This document shows positions 49,284-59,176 of a stretch of 64,000 bases of DNA, one piece after another. The DNA comes from Chlamydiota bacterium (GTDB lineage Bacteria; Chlamydiota; Chlamydiia; Chlamydiales; JAAKFR01), in assembly GCA_021772455.1 (NCBI GenBank), contig JAJFLY010000015.1, forward strand, positions 1,168 to 65,167, given 5' to 3'. The notes under the pieces were generated by a model. The model had not been told where the DNA came from and made no database searches. It worked only from the letters and a program-made list of their open reading frames with translations. The position numbers and the translations under genes were made by a program. Each line of letters starts with the position of its first letter. Within the stretch, counting starts at the first letter, position 1.

Positions 49284-50380
49284 TGAAAATACCTCGCAGC
49301 TAAATAGGGATCCCACATCATGCCAACAGCACTCATGGCAACAGTAGCCCCTGCGTTAAAAAATTGATCAAAATGCTCAGGGGCGGTCACACCTCCTGTT
49401 CCCATGATGGTCATGCCAAGCTGTTCTTCTTGGTTCACAGCGTGCGCTTTTTGGATAAAGTCGAGCGCCACTTCACGAATAGGGCCACCGCAAACACCTG
49501 ATTTCAAGCGTTTTTCACCAAGAGCTGGTGTGCCATCTCCTTTGACGACTTTCATACTGACTGTATTAATGCCACAAATCGCTTGAACGCCCCCTTTTGC
49601 AGCGGCGCACATCACCCGCCGTAGCACTTCTTTATCCTCGATCACACCTACTTTGATAATCAACGGCACGGGGCCAATCGCTTTTTTCACCCTAGAAGAG
49701 ATTTCGTAGACAGCCTCAGGGCTGGTAAACAAACTCCCCTCGCACGTTGTCACGTTTGGACAGGAGAGGTCGGCTTCTATGATTTTAGCTCCCCCTTCAA
49801 GGGCTATTTCGGCGGCACGGACAAAATCTTCGTAAAAATCCTCATTTGGGCGAGGCGTGCCGACAATTGAGACGATCATTACCTGCCCAGGAGCTAATGC
49901 TTCGTTGGCACGGGCGATATCTTTGACAAGAAAAGTGCGATCTTTAGAAGGAATGCCAAAAGAGTTTGTTGCAGCGAGGGAGCGCGCATCTTTGGGTGGG
50001 TGCTCAGCCTGCTTAAGGGTCTCTTCGTGGCGGTCGTAGGTAAGGGATCCTAGAGTATCGACGTAGATCATATTCGGAAGAGGATGAGCGGGATGAGGCT
50101 TACTGCGGATCGTTTTATAGGTGACGATATCGAAACCCATTTTGGCAGCAAAGGCAACCCAGCGTGAGTTTAGCAATGGACCTGCTGGAACCCCAAGGGG
50201 ATGTGCAACGAGAAATCCAAGGAAATCAACCCACTCATTTTTAGGAGGGAGGGTGCGCTCTGGGATTTTCCCATCAAAAAATGGGCCCTCTTCAAGATTT
50301 TCTAAATAGCTCCTCTCGATATTGTAAATCGGAGGTTTTTCTGGCCACCATGAAGGAAGTGTTTCAGACATAAAACTCAC
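49277..50380 (-). CDS. pyrD: Dihydroorotate dehydrogenase-like FMN protein (Cys-type, class 1-like)
   Basis: AGP, YKT, NSFG, LSCPN, INT and GTGGV motifs; coupled to pyrE-pyrF. Confidence 0.78.
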   Translation of the reverse strand: MSFMSETLPSWWPEKPPIYNIERSYLENLEEGPFFDGKIPERTLPPKNEWVDFLGFLVAHPLGVPAGPLLNSRWVAFAAKMGFDIVTYKTIRSKPHPAHPLPNMIYVDTLGSLTYDRHEETLKQAEHPPKDARSLAATNSFGIPSKDRTFLVKDIARANEALAPGQVMIVSIVGTPRPNEDFYEDFVRAAEIALEGGAKIIEADLSCPNVTTCEGSLFTSPEAVYEISSRVKKAIGPVPLIIKVGVIEDKEVLRRVMCAAAKGGVQAICGINTVSMKVVKGDGTPALGEKRLKSGVCGGPIREVALDFIQKAHAVNQEEQLGMTIMGTGGVTAPEHFDQFFNAGATVAMSAVGMMWDPYLAARYFQC

Positions 50381-50398
50381 TTATTATATAGATAAACT

Positions 50399-50653
50399 AT
50401 GCTTACCAAACTTTTTGTCGGCACCCGTTTCACTTCTGAGCTCAAAATGCGCATCGGCAGCGACCTTTCCCCAATGACCGCCATCCCCTATGAAGGGAAG
50501 GAGTACATCGGCTATTACCTCGAGTCAAACCCAACAGTTGCACAGATCCGCACCTGCTGCGATGAATTTCTCATCAAACTGCAGGAGCACTGCCCTGAGC
50601 ACCGTGTTGACAATCTTCCGATTGTTGTTTTTCCTCAAGCGTTCGTCGGGTAA
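50399..50653 (+). CDS. Small hypothetical protein
   Basis: 84-aa ORF with globular composition, divergent from pyrD and convergent with pyrC. Confidence 0.6.
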   Translation: MLTKLFVGTRFTSELKMRIGSDLSPMTAIPYEGKEYIGYYLESNPTVAQIRTCCDEFLIKLQEHCPEHRVDNLPIVVFPQAFVG

Positions 50654-51800
50654 TCGAATAGGCTCTCCCGTCTAGGATCACATATTCGGGCCACCCTCTC
50701 AATGTGCGACCTCGATAAGGGGTCCAGCCACATTTCGATTTGATCATCTCGTCTGTTACCGTTAACTCTCTTTCTAGATCGACCAAAACGATATCGTCAT
50801 TGGGCGGCAAATTAAATATTTTTTGCGGATTGGAATGCGTTAGGTCGATCATCCGATCCAGGGTAAGCTGGCCGTGATAAACAGCGTCGAGCAACAACGG
50901 CAGGAGCGTTTCCACTCCAGGAATTCCAGAGGGCGCTTTTCCAAAGGGTTGGTTTTTCTCTTCTAGTGTGTGGGGAGCGTGATCTGTTCCAATTGTGTCG
51001 ATCGTACCATCGCGGATCCCTTCCCAAAGAGCCTCTTGATCCTCTTTTGAACGGAGCGGCGGATTCATCTGCACAAGTGTTCCAAACTCGGCGTAATCAT
51101 CTTCGCTTAAAAAGAGGTGGTGAGTGGTCGCCTCGGCATAAACTTGTAGCCCCTCTTGCTTAGCAGCGCGTACAAGCGCAACCTCTTCTAGAGTGCTCAT
51201 ATGTAAAATATAGAGCCGAGCGCCATGCTTGCGCGCGAGGGCAATCGCTTTTGTAGTCGCACGAATCGCTGCCTCCTTGGGGCGCATCTGCGAATGGACC
51301 GCAGGATCAGAAGCACCAGCAAATTCTTCACGTTTACGAGCTAAAAGAGCTTCATCTTCGGCATGAACAGCTACGAGCATATTCGCTTCAGCAGCGAGAC
51401 GGAAAGCCTCATCAAGGGCCTCATCATCATCGATCACAAGACCGCCTGTGCTGCATCCCATGAAGATTTTTAGCGCTACGCATGAGCCACTCGCCCCGCT
51501 GATCTGATCAAAATGGTCTTTATCGGCGCCAAAATACAATCCATAACGCAGAGGGATATCAGCGCTTTTCAATTGGGCATCGATCAGCTTTTTTTTCTCT
51601 TCTACCGCTCTAAGAGTTGTGCAGGGAGGAGTATTGTTGGGCATGTCTAACACGGTTGTAATGCCACCATGAATCGCTGCAACCGAAGCTGTCTCCCAGT
51701 CTTCCTTTTGCTCTCCACCAGGGGCACGGAAATGGACGTGGGGATCGATCAGGGCAGGGATTGCGGTAAGGCCGCCAAAATCTAGTTCAGAACGTGTCAT
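50574..51800 (-). CDS. pyrC: Dihydroorotase
   Basis: IDPHVHFR, DMPN, VHAED, MNPPLR and TDHAPH motifs. Start at ATG 51800. Confidence 0.94.
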   Translation of the reverse strand: MTRSELDFGGLTAIPALIDPHVHFRAPGGEQKEDWETASVAAIHGGITTVLDMPNNTPPCTTLRAVEEKKKLIDAQLKSADIPLRYGLYFGADKDHFDQISGASGSCVALKIFMGCSTGGLVIDDDEALDEAFRLAAEANMLVAVHAEDEALLARKREEFAGASDPAVHSQMRPKEAAIRATTKAIALARKHGARLYILHMSTLEEVALVRAAKQEGLQVYAEATTHHLFLSEDDYAEFGTLVQMNPPLRSKEDQEALWEGIRDGTIDTIGTDHAPHTLEEKNQPFGKAPSGIPGVETLLPLLLDAVYHGQLTLDRMIDLTHSNPQKIFNLPPNDDIVLVDLERELTVTDEMIKSKCGWTPYRGRTLRGWPEYVILDGRAYSITRRTLEEKQQSEDCQHGAQGSAPAV

Positions 51801-52233
51801 AGGCAAAACTCTTTTCACAATAGTAACATTTTAACTGGACTACATGGACCCGCTTTTCTAGCTCAAAGTGGGTATGCAGCGCCTCATGATTCGTGACGCA
51901 TCGCTCGTTTGGGCAGCGCAAAACTTTTTTCACCCTTTTAGGAAGCGTGACGGCAAATTTTTTAACACGTTCAAAGCCGCGAATAATGTTAAGTGTTGCT
52001 TTGGGGGCAAAAACGGCGATCTGATTTGCCTCTTCTTCGCTTACCTCGCGCCCTTCAACTTTAATCAAATCCTTGTAACCCATCGTCTTGCTCGGAAGAT
52101 TCAGCCCTAAAGTCACCTGATTATGTTGACCGGCGAGTTTAAGAAGGCGGACAATTCTCATCCCCTGTCCAGCCGGAATATGATCGATTACAGTTCCTTC
52201 ATTGATCGCTGCAACTGAAAGTGTCTTATTCAC
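51787..52233 (-). CDS. pyrI: Aspartate carbamoyltransferase regulatory subunit
   Basis: GTVIDHI motif and Zn site CPNERC...CYYC. Confidence 0.95.
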   Translation of the reverse strand: MNKTLSVAAINEGTVIDHIPAGQGMRIVRLLKLAGQHNQVTLGLNLPSKTMGYKDLIKVEGREVSEEEANQIAVFAPKATLNIIRGFERVKKFAVTLPKRVKKVLRCPNERCVTNHEALHTHFELEKRVHVVQLKCYYCEKSFAYDTF

Positions 52234-53129
52234 GATTCCCCTAATAATTTGCTTAAGAGTGCTTGGCGCACATAGAGGCCATTCTCGGCCTGCGCGAAGT
52301 AGTGGGCATAGTCGGTTTCATCAACCTCACGCGCGATCTCGTTCACCCGAGGTAAGGGATGGAGGACCTTTAAGTTTTTTTTCGCACGTTTTAAGGTCTC
52401 GGTTGTAAGAATGAATTGATCTTTCACGCGCGCATACGCTTCCAAATCAGCAAAGCGCTCTTTTTGGACGCGGGTCATGTAAAGGATGTCGCATTTCCCA
52501 ACCACTTCATCCACGGAATGATGAAATGAAAAAGGGACGCCCGCTTTTTTCAGCTCATCACAAAGAGAGTCGGGTATCGACAATGAAGGTGGGGAGACAA
52601 AATAGAGGCGCACATCGAATTGCTTCAAAGCGTAGACGAGTGAATGGACTGTCCGTCCATGAAGAAGATCCCCTACAAATGCAAGATGGAGGGCGTCGAG
52701 CTTCCCCTGACACTCTTGAATCGTAAAGAGGTCGAGAAGGGTTTGAGTGGGATGTTCATTAGCGCCGTCGCCCGCATTGATCACCGGCTTGTCTGTTGCC
52801 TCGGAAGCGCCGCGTGCAGAGCCTTCAAGGGGGTGGCGAATCACCACAATATCGCAATAGTGGCCTATCACCTTCATTGTATCGTGGAGCGACTCTCCTT
52901 TTTGGGTCGCTATGGCAGTGTCATCAGAAAAACCGATTACCTCACCACCCAAGCGCTTCATCGCCGACTCAAAAGAGAGACGTGTGCGGGTAGAGGGCTC
53001 AAAAAAACAGCTCGCCATTACGCGCCCTTGCAAAATCGGACCTGGAGGCTTTTGTTTCATCTCCAGCGCCTTAGCAAGAATTGTAAGGATCTGCTCTTTA
53101 CTTAACTCTTTGATTGAAATGAGACTCAT
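52230..53129 (-). CDS. pyrB: Aspartate carbamoyltransferase catalytic subunit
   Basis: FEPSTRT, HPTQ and HPLPR motifs. Start at ATG 53129. Confidence 0.97.
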   Translation of the reverse strand: MSLISIKELSKEQILTILAKALEMKQKPPGPILQGRVMASCFFEPSTRTRLSFESAMKRLGGEVIGFSDDTAIATQKGESLHDTMKVIGHYCDIVVIRHPLEGSARGASEATDKPVINAGDGANEHPTQTLLDLFTIQECQGKLDALHLAFVGDLLHGRTVHSLVYALKQFDVRLYFVSPPSLSIPDSLCDELKKAGVPFSFHHSVDEVVGKCDILYMTRVQKERFADLEAYARVKDQFILTTETLKRAKKNLKVLHPLPRVNEIAREVDETDYAHYFAQAENGLYVRQALLSKLLGES

Positions 53130-56100
53130 CGCTTTTCTCCCACAAATTGGTTCCACGCTTTCACCGGCAAATTTTCATCTAATTCAATGAGCGATTGTAA
53201 AAACACTGTTGCAATCTGGAGGTTAGTGATCAGCGGAATATGATGATCGATTGCAAGTCGCCTGATCTTGAAACCGTCGGTTGCCACCTTCGACGAGGCG
53301 ATTCCGCTTGGGATATTAATGATCAGATCGACCTCTTGATCGGTGATCGAGTCAAGGACATTTGGATGTTGCCCAGCGCTCGCCTTAAAGACACACCGCG
53401 ATGCCACACCCTTTTGAGAAAAAAAGTCGTGGGTGCCAGGTGTTGTGTAGATTTTCCAACCGCGCGCTTCCAACTCTTTCAGCTCTTCAAGAAGTTTGCC
53501 TTTTTGCTTCCCACCAATGCTCACAAGGAGACGCTTGCCGCGCACCGTCTGCTCTGTCGCTTCCCACGAGCGGAAAAAAGCATCGAGTAGATTCTCTCCC
53601 AGGCATGCCACCTCACCTGTCGATGCCATCTCAACATGGGCAACTGGATTGGCACCTTTGAGGCGGCTGTATGAGAATTGAGGCGTTTTAATCCCTACAT
53701 AATCGAGATCTAGAGTGTTGTAGTGACGTGGTACATGTTTTCCAAGCATCGTTTCGGTCGCAATTTCGATAAAATTGTGGCCTGTGACTTTGGAAACGAA
53801 TGGAAAAGAGCGCGAGGCGCGCACATTGAGCTCGATCACCTTAATCGCATTCTCTTTGGCGATAAACTGCATGTTGAAAGGGCCTGTAATATTGAGGGCT
53901 TTCACGATTTGGCGCGTAATCAGCTTCGTACGGCGAATTGTTTCGAGATAGAGCTTCTGAGGCGGCAAAACAATCGTCGCATCTCCCGAGTGGACCCCAG
54001 CATTTTCGATGTGCTCCGAAATAGCCTCGATCACCACGTTTCCATTGTGAGCAACGCCGTCGATTTCGAGCTCTTTTGCATTCAAAATAAACTGGGAAAG
54101 GACAACAGGGTGCTCACGCGAAACAATGGTCGCCTCTTCGAGATACTGCTCAAGCTCGCTGCCGTCGTAAATCACATTCATAGCCGCTCCAGAAAGGACA
54201 TACGAGGGGCGTACAAGGACCGGATAGCCAACCTCAGCGGCAAACTGACGGGCTTTATCAAGCGAACTCACCTCGACCCAGGCTGGCTGATCGATCTCAA
54301 GGTCATTCAGAAGCGATGAGAACTTTTGGCGGTTTTCAGCCATATCAATCATCGGAGGAGGCGTTCCCATAATCGGGTAGCCAGCCTCGTGTAAAGGAAG
54401 GGCGAGGTTGTTAGCAATTTGCCCCCCAACAGAGATGATAATCCCACTTGGCGACTCAAAATCAGCGATGTCACGCACACGCTCTTGCGTCAACTCTTCG
54501 AAATAGAGACGGTCAGATTCATCATAGTCAGTTGAGACCGTCTCAGGGTTTGAATTGATCATGATTGCCGGTACATTATGGCGTCTCAAGGTGCGTACCG
54601 TATTCACAGCGCACCAATCAAATTCGACAGACGATCCAATCGCATAAGGCCCCGACCCCATCACAACTGTAGGTGCCTTCTTAGAAGGTTCTAAATCGTT
54701 GTAGGCGCCGTGATAAGTGAGATAAAGGTAGTTCGTTTCAGCATCAAATTCTCCGGCCAATGTGTCAATTTGCTTGATGACAGGCTTGATACCTAGCTCT
54801 AAACGCTTTGTACGTACAGATTCTTCCGTTTCATTGATTAATAGGCCGATCGCTTTATCCGAAAATCCAAACCGTTTTGCCCGTCGCAACACCTCTACAA
54901 GAGGTTTTTCCTTAATCTCTTTCTCAATTCCGACCATTTCAGCAAGATGGTGTAGAAACCATTTGTCGATATGCGAGCTCTCATGAATTTCATCAACAGA
55001 CATCCCCTTTCTAAGCATTTCTGCAATCGCATAGAGGCGACTATCGGTTGCAACTGCAATTTCTTGTTTTGGATTGGGGATCGTATAGGGATAATCGAAG
55101 AGGGAGCAGCAGCCGATATTAAGCATCCGCACTGCTTTTTGGAGCGCTTCGGGAAAAGACCTGCCGATTGCCATCACCTCGCCAACACTTTTCATCTCCG
55201 AACCGATCGTCCGATCGGCAGCGCGGAGCTTGTGGATATCCCAGCGCGGCATTTTAACAACAACATAGTCAAGAGCCGGCTCAAAAAAAGCAGACGTTTG
55301 CTGCGTGACCGAGTTTTTGATCTCGTGAAGCAGATAACCCAAAGCAAGTTTTGCAGCGACAAACGCAAGTGGATAACCCGTTGCTTTAGAAGCGAGTGCG
55401 CTTGAGCGCGAGAGGCGTGCGTTCACCTCGATCACGCGGTAATCGACTTTATTCGGATGGACAGCGTACTGAATGTTGCATTCACCAATTACACCGAGAT
55501 GGCGCACCGTCTTGATCGCTACTTCGCGGAGCATATGATACTCTTCATTACTCAACGTCTGGGAGGGGGCGATGACAATACTTTCACCCGTATGGATCCC
55601 CATTGGATCGAAGTTTTCCATATTACAGACAGTGATCGTGTTCCCATCTCTGTCGCGAACCACTTCGTACTCGATCTCTTTCCAGCCTGTTAGATACTCC
55701 TCGATCAGAATTTGGGGCGCTTTGCTCAAAGCTTCGGTCGCGCGGCTAATCAGCTGAGCTTCGTTCTCAACCCTTCCAGATCCAAGTCCACCGAGAGAGA
55801 ATCCCGAGCGCAACATCAACGGATAGCCAACCTTCGCAGCCGCTTCTCTTGCTTCTTCAAGAGTTGTCGCCGCATAGCTCACAGCCGATTTGACATCAAT
55901 TTGATCAAGAGCCTCTTTAAAAAGCTGACGATCTTCGGTCACCCGAACCGTATCGATCGGCGTCCCTAGCACTTCGATGCCAAATTTGGCCAAAATACCG
56001 CTAGATTCCAGTTGCAGACCCAAATTGAGAGCCGTCTGCCCACCGAAACTAACGGTGATTGCGTCTGGACGCTCTTTTTCAATGATTTTCTCAACGGTTT

Positions 56101-56302
56101 TCTCGTTAAGAGGAAGAAGATAAACCTGATCGGCCATCCCTTTGTCGGTCTGCACAGTCGCAATATTGGGATTCACGAGGATGGTGTAATGCCCCTCCTC
56201 TTTCAGCGCTTTGATCGCCTGCGAGCCCGAGTAATCAAACTCACCCGCTTGGCCAATACGCAGACCCCCAGAACCGAGAATTAAGATTTTTCGTTTAGAC
56301 AT
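53126..56302 (-). CDS. carB: Carbamoyl-phosphate synthase large subunit
   Basis: GQAGEFDYSG, two ATP-grasp domains and a C-terminal MGS domain. Confidence 0.98.
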   Translation of the reverse strand: MSKRKILILGSGGLRIGQAGEFDYSGSQAIKALKEEGHYTILVNPNIATVQTDKGMADQVYLLPLNEKTVEKIIEKERPDAITVSFGGQTALNLGLQLESSGILAKFGIEVLGTPIDTVRVTEDRQLFKEALDQIDVKSAVSYAATTLEEAREAAAKVGYPLMLRSGFSLGGLGSGRVENEAQLISRATEALSKAPQILIEEYLTGWKEIEYEVVRDRDGNTITVCNMENFDPMGIHTGESIVIAPSQTLSNEEYHMLREVAIKTVRHLGVIGECNIQYAVHPNKVDYRVIEVNARLSRSSALASKATGYPLAFVAAKLALGYLLHEIKNSVTQQTSAFFEPALDYVVVKMPRWDIHKLRAADRTIGSEMKSVGEVMAIGRSFPEALQKAVRMLNIGCCSLFDYPYTIPNPKQEIAVATDSRLYAIAEMLRKGMSVDEIHESSHIDKWFLHHLAEMVGIEKEIKEKPLVEVLRRAKRFGFSDKAIGLLINETEESVRTKRLELGIKPVIKQIDTLAGEFDAETNYLYLTYHGAYNDLEPSKKAPTVVMGSGPYAIGSSVEFDWCAVNTVRTLRRHNVPAIMINSNPETVSTDYDESDRLYFEELTQERVRDIADFESPSGIIISVGGQIANNLALPLHEAGYPIMGTPPPMIDMAENRQKFSSLLNDLEIDQPAWVEVSSLDKARQFAAEVGYPVLVRPSYVLSGAAMNVIYDGSELEQYLEEATIVSREHPVVLSQFILNAKELEIDGVAHNGNVVIEAISEHIENAGVHSGDATIVLPPQKLYLETIRRTKLITRQIVKALNITGPFNMQFIAKENAIKVIELNVRASRSFPFVSKVTGHNFIEIATETMLGKHVPRHYNTLDLDYVGIKTPQFSYSRLKGANPVAHVEMASTGEVACLGENLLDAFFRSWEATEQTVRGKRLLVSIGGKQKGKLLEELKELEARGWKIYTTPGTHDFFSQKGVASRCVFKASAGQHPNVLDSITDQEVDLIINIPSGIASSKVATDGFKIRRLAIDHHIPLITNLQIATVFLQSLIELDENLPVKAWNQFVGEKR

Positions 56303-57336
56303 GCATAAAACCTTTCAAAAAACCACTGGGTGTCGGTGGGGCCAGGCGACGCTTCGGGGTGAAACTGCACCGCATAAAACGGAAGCGACTTGTGGGCAAC
56401 CCCTTCGACAGACCCATCATTTAAATTTCGGAAAATCACTTTCCACTCACAGGGAAGACTCTCTTCATCAACCGCATAGCCATGATTTTGGCTCGTAATG
56501 TAACATTTTCTCGTCTCCAAATCCATACACGGCTGATTCTGGCCGCGATGGCCAAATGGAAGCTTATACGTTTTGGCTCCTGCCGCGAGTGCAAGCATTT
56601 GCGAGCCCAAACACACACCAAAAATTGGCTTTTTCTTCTTCATCACCTTTTTTAGAATCTCAATTGTCTCCGCGCACTGAATCGGATCGCCGGGGCCATT
56701 CGAGAGGAAAACCCCATCAAATTCATCTTCAGAGTAGTCGTAATTATGTGGAACGCGGACAACTTCAACTCCTAATTTCTCCAGATGGCGGAGCATGCTC
56801 TCTTTCATCCCACAATCAACTGCGATAACCCGCTTGTTTCCGCTCCCATAAACAGTTTTTTGAGAAATCGAAACTTTAGCCACCAAATGCTCAAGATTGG
56901 GGTCTTTGAATGACGTCACTTCTTGTGTTTCAGAAATCGCTCCCAAAACCGTTCCATCCGCTCGCAGCATCTTCGTAAGCGCGCGTGTATCAACCTCGGT
57001 CAAAAGAGGAATTCCCTCCTTTTCAAGCCATTCCTTTAATGAGACTAAACCGGCGTGGTGACTCCAGTTTTCGCAACACTCATTCACAATCACCCCAGCT
57101 GCATGGATTTTTTTTGATTCCCAAACAGCCTTGTCAGCAACACCATAGTTTCCGATAAGCGGAAAAGTGAAAACGAGGATTTGATCAGCAAAGGAGGGGT
57201 CGGTAAGGCTCTCATAGTAGCCACACATGCCTGTTGTGAAGACCACTTCTCCAAAGAAGGTTCTTCCCGCCTGCCATTCAGGCGCCATCCCGTCGAAGAC
57301 GGGCCCATTTTGTAAAATTAACTTGTTTTTCTTCAT
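56281..57336 (-). CDS. carA: Carbamoyl-phosphate synthase small subunit
   Basis: SNGPGDP, GVCLG, QNHG and QFHPE motifs. Confidence 0.97.
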   Translation of the reverse strand: MKKNKLILQNGPVFDGMAPEWQAGRTFFGEVVFTTGMCGYYESLTDPSFADQILVFTFPLIGNYGVADKAVWESKKIHAAGVIVNECCENWSHHAGLVSLKEWLEKEGIPLLTEVDTRALTKMLRADGTVLGAISETQEVTSFKDPNLEHLVAKVSISQKTVYGSGNKRVIAVDCGMKESMLRHLEKLGVEVVRVPHNYDYSEDEFDGVFLSNGPGDPIQCAETIEILKKVMKKKKPIFGVCLGSQMLALAAGAKTYKLPFGHRGQNQPCMDLETRKCYITSQNHGYAVDEESLPCEWKVIFRNLNDGSVEGVAHKSLPFYAVQFHPEASPGPTDTQWFFERFYACLNEKS

Positions 57337-57345
57337 GACCTTGGC

Positions 57346-57376
57346 AAAAAAAAAGCCATCCGCTAGAGGATGGCTT
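57346..57376 (-). terminator. Intrinsic terminator in the carA leader (candidate attenuator)
   Basis: Minus strand aagccatcc-tctagc-ggatggc followed by 9 T, ending 9 nt before the carA ATG. Confidence 0.85.
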
Positions 57377-57413
57377 GATTAACATTAAATCTTTGAAAAA
57401 GTTTCGGTTTCAT
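57363..57413 (-). CDS. Putative pyr operon leader peptide MKPKLFQRFNVNQAIL
   Basis: 16-codon ORF with its TAG stop in the terminator loop and an internal T-run. Not in the ORF track. Confidence 0.55.
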   Translation of the reverse strand: MKPKLFQRFNVNQAIL

Positions 57414-57421
57414 TAGAAGAA

Positions 57422-57450
57422 ATCATACCGAAAATGGATTTTCCCCTCAA
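57422..57450 (-). promoter_or_regulatory. Candidate sigma66 promoter of the pyr operon
   Basis: TTGAGG (57450-45), 17-nt spacer, TATGAT (57427-22); 8 nt before the leader ATG. Confidence 0.6.
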
Positions 57451-58424
57451 GGAGTATTTCTAACAAGCATAGAGGTAGAAGAAGGAGTGTAGTTCTTGAG
57501 AATCTCTTCAATCGCCTCAATCCACTCGGGGCGGCGGTTGAGAGAGGGAAGGCGAAAGGGGGTGACCCCTTGCTTTCGAATAATCGGAAGATAATCTTGC
57601 TCAATTTCAAACAAAGTTTCGATATGGTCAGAAGTGAAGCTAATCGGGATGAAAAGAACGTTTTTACGCCCTTTTCGGTAGTCTTCGATCTGTTCGCACA
57701 CCTCTTGAGTATAAGGACGGAGCCATTCGCCTGGCCCAAACTTCGATTGGTAAGCAAGCAGCGACTCTGTGTGAGGAAAGCCTTTCATTACATTTTCGTA
57801 GGAAAGCTGGCACTCGTAGGCGTAGAGATCACCCTGATCGACAAAGCTTTGAGGCACACCGTGCGCTGAGAAGAAGAAAAGCGTTTCTTCTTCTTTGAGG
57901 TTTTTCTCCTTTAAGTAGGAGCGGATCGTCTGTTGAGTTACCTCGATAAATGAGGGGTGGGAGGGGTACGATTTGACCCATTTGAGCTTATTAAGTGCTT
58001 TTTCGGAGAGCTTATTTTTAAAAAGGCGCGCAATACTTCCCGTTGTAGCGTAAGTAAACTGGGGAAACATGGGAAAAACACGGATTTCCTCCGCATCGAG
58101 CGCTTCTATCGCTGCGAGCGATTCTGCGTGTGTGGTCGGTAGGTAGCGGTGGAAGGTGAGAACGGGGGCATTTAGCCGGGCACGCAAAGCTTCTGCTACA
58201 AATTCGGTATCTCCGTAGATGGGTGATTTGCCCCCGATCATCTCGTAATCGGCAGCGACTTTGACGGAACGCTTTTTGGCAATGCGCCGAAAGAGATAAT
58301 TGTTAAACACTTTCGGCAATTTTGTACGCACAACATCGCGGTCAGTAAGAAGGGTGGATAAGAATGGCTCGATTTCAGATAGCGAACGGGGTCCGCCAAA
58401 ATTTACGATGAGATAGGCTGTCAT
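57447..58424 (-). CDS. hemH: Ferrochelatase
   Basis: NFGGP, GGKSP, FSAHGVP, YQSKFG...WL.P and DHIETLFE motifs. Confidence 0.96.
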   Translation of the reverse strand: MTAYLIVNFGGPRSLSEIEPFLSTLLTDRDVVRTKLPKVFNNYLFRRIAKKRSVKVAADYEMIGGKSPIYGDTEFVAEALRARLNAPVLTFHRYLPTTHAESLAAIEALDAEEIRVFPMFPQFTYATTGSIARLFKNKLSEKALNKLKWVKSYPSHPSFIEVTQQTIRSYLKEKNLKEEETLFFFSAHGVPQSFVDQGDLYAYECQLSYENVMKGFPHTESLLAYQSKFGPGEWLRPYTQEVCEQIEDYRKGRKNVLFIPISFTSDHIETLFEIEQDYLPIIRKQGVTPFRLPSLNRRPEWIEAIEEILKNYTPSSTSMLVRNTP

Positions 58425-58453
58425 GAAAGAAGTTTTAGTGTATGGTCGAAATT

Positions 58454-59176
58454 ATGAAAAGAATTCTTCTTTTTTTTCTGCTTTTTTTTGTTGGATGTAG
58501 CTCTCCTACCCCAAAACTCGGCTCTTACTCAATCGGTAGAGACCCTACATGGTTTCCTTTGCGGTTAGAATCCATGGTAGTCAATGTTAATGGCTTTACA
58601 AATGCTCTTGTACAGGAGCTTGCAAAAGTGGAGGGCAAAAACTTCCAAATCGTCGATATTAGCTGGACCGGACTCTTTGAAGGACTGGAAAAGCATGAAT
58701 ACGCCGGCATCTTCACATCGCTTGATCCCAACATCATAACAGATGGAACCTATAGCTTTTCAAATCCTTTCCTATTACTTGGACCTGTACTTGTCGTTCC
58801 TGCTGATTCACATGCCACTTCTTTAGACGATTTGAAGGGCTCCACTGTTGGCGTTTATCAGTACGACGATTCGGTATTAATCGCCCAACAACACCCGTCG
58901 ATTTTGATGGAAATGTACGAGCATATTCCAAATGGCCTCGAGGCTGTTGCTGATGGAAAAGTGGCAGGAGCTTTGATTCCAAATCTGGAAGCGCGTGCTC
59001 TTGTTGATACTGAAAAATTAAAAATCGTCACCCCGCCCCTTTCGAATAAGGGTCTACGTCTCATCACATTGAAGGGACGGCACGAGTCGCTGATCAAACA
59101 CTTCAACCGCGGCCTTGAAAAGCTACAACATGAGAGTTCATACAAAAAGACGCGCACACATTTCGGGATCAAATGA
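58454..59176 (+). CDS. Amino-acid ABC transporter substrate-binding lipoprotein (SBP family 3)
   Basis: Lipobox FVGC and ISWTGLFEGL...FSNPF pattern; divergent from hemH. Confidence 0.8.
   Translation: MKRILLFFLLFFVGCSSPTPKLGSYSIGRDPTWFPLRLESMVVNVNGFTNALVQELAKVEGKNFQIVDISWTGLFEGLEKHEYAGIFTSLDPNIITDGTYSFSNPFLLLGPVLVVPADSHATSLDDLKGSTVGVYQYDDSVLIAQQHPSILMEMYEHIPNGLEAVADGKVAGALIPNLEARALVDTEKLKIVTPPLSNKGLRLITLKGRHESLIKHFNRGLEKLQHESSYKKTRTHFGIK

Noticed and set aside
53240-56284. Many plus-strand ORFs of 60-198 aa
   Set aside because: All are antisense shadows of carB.
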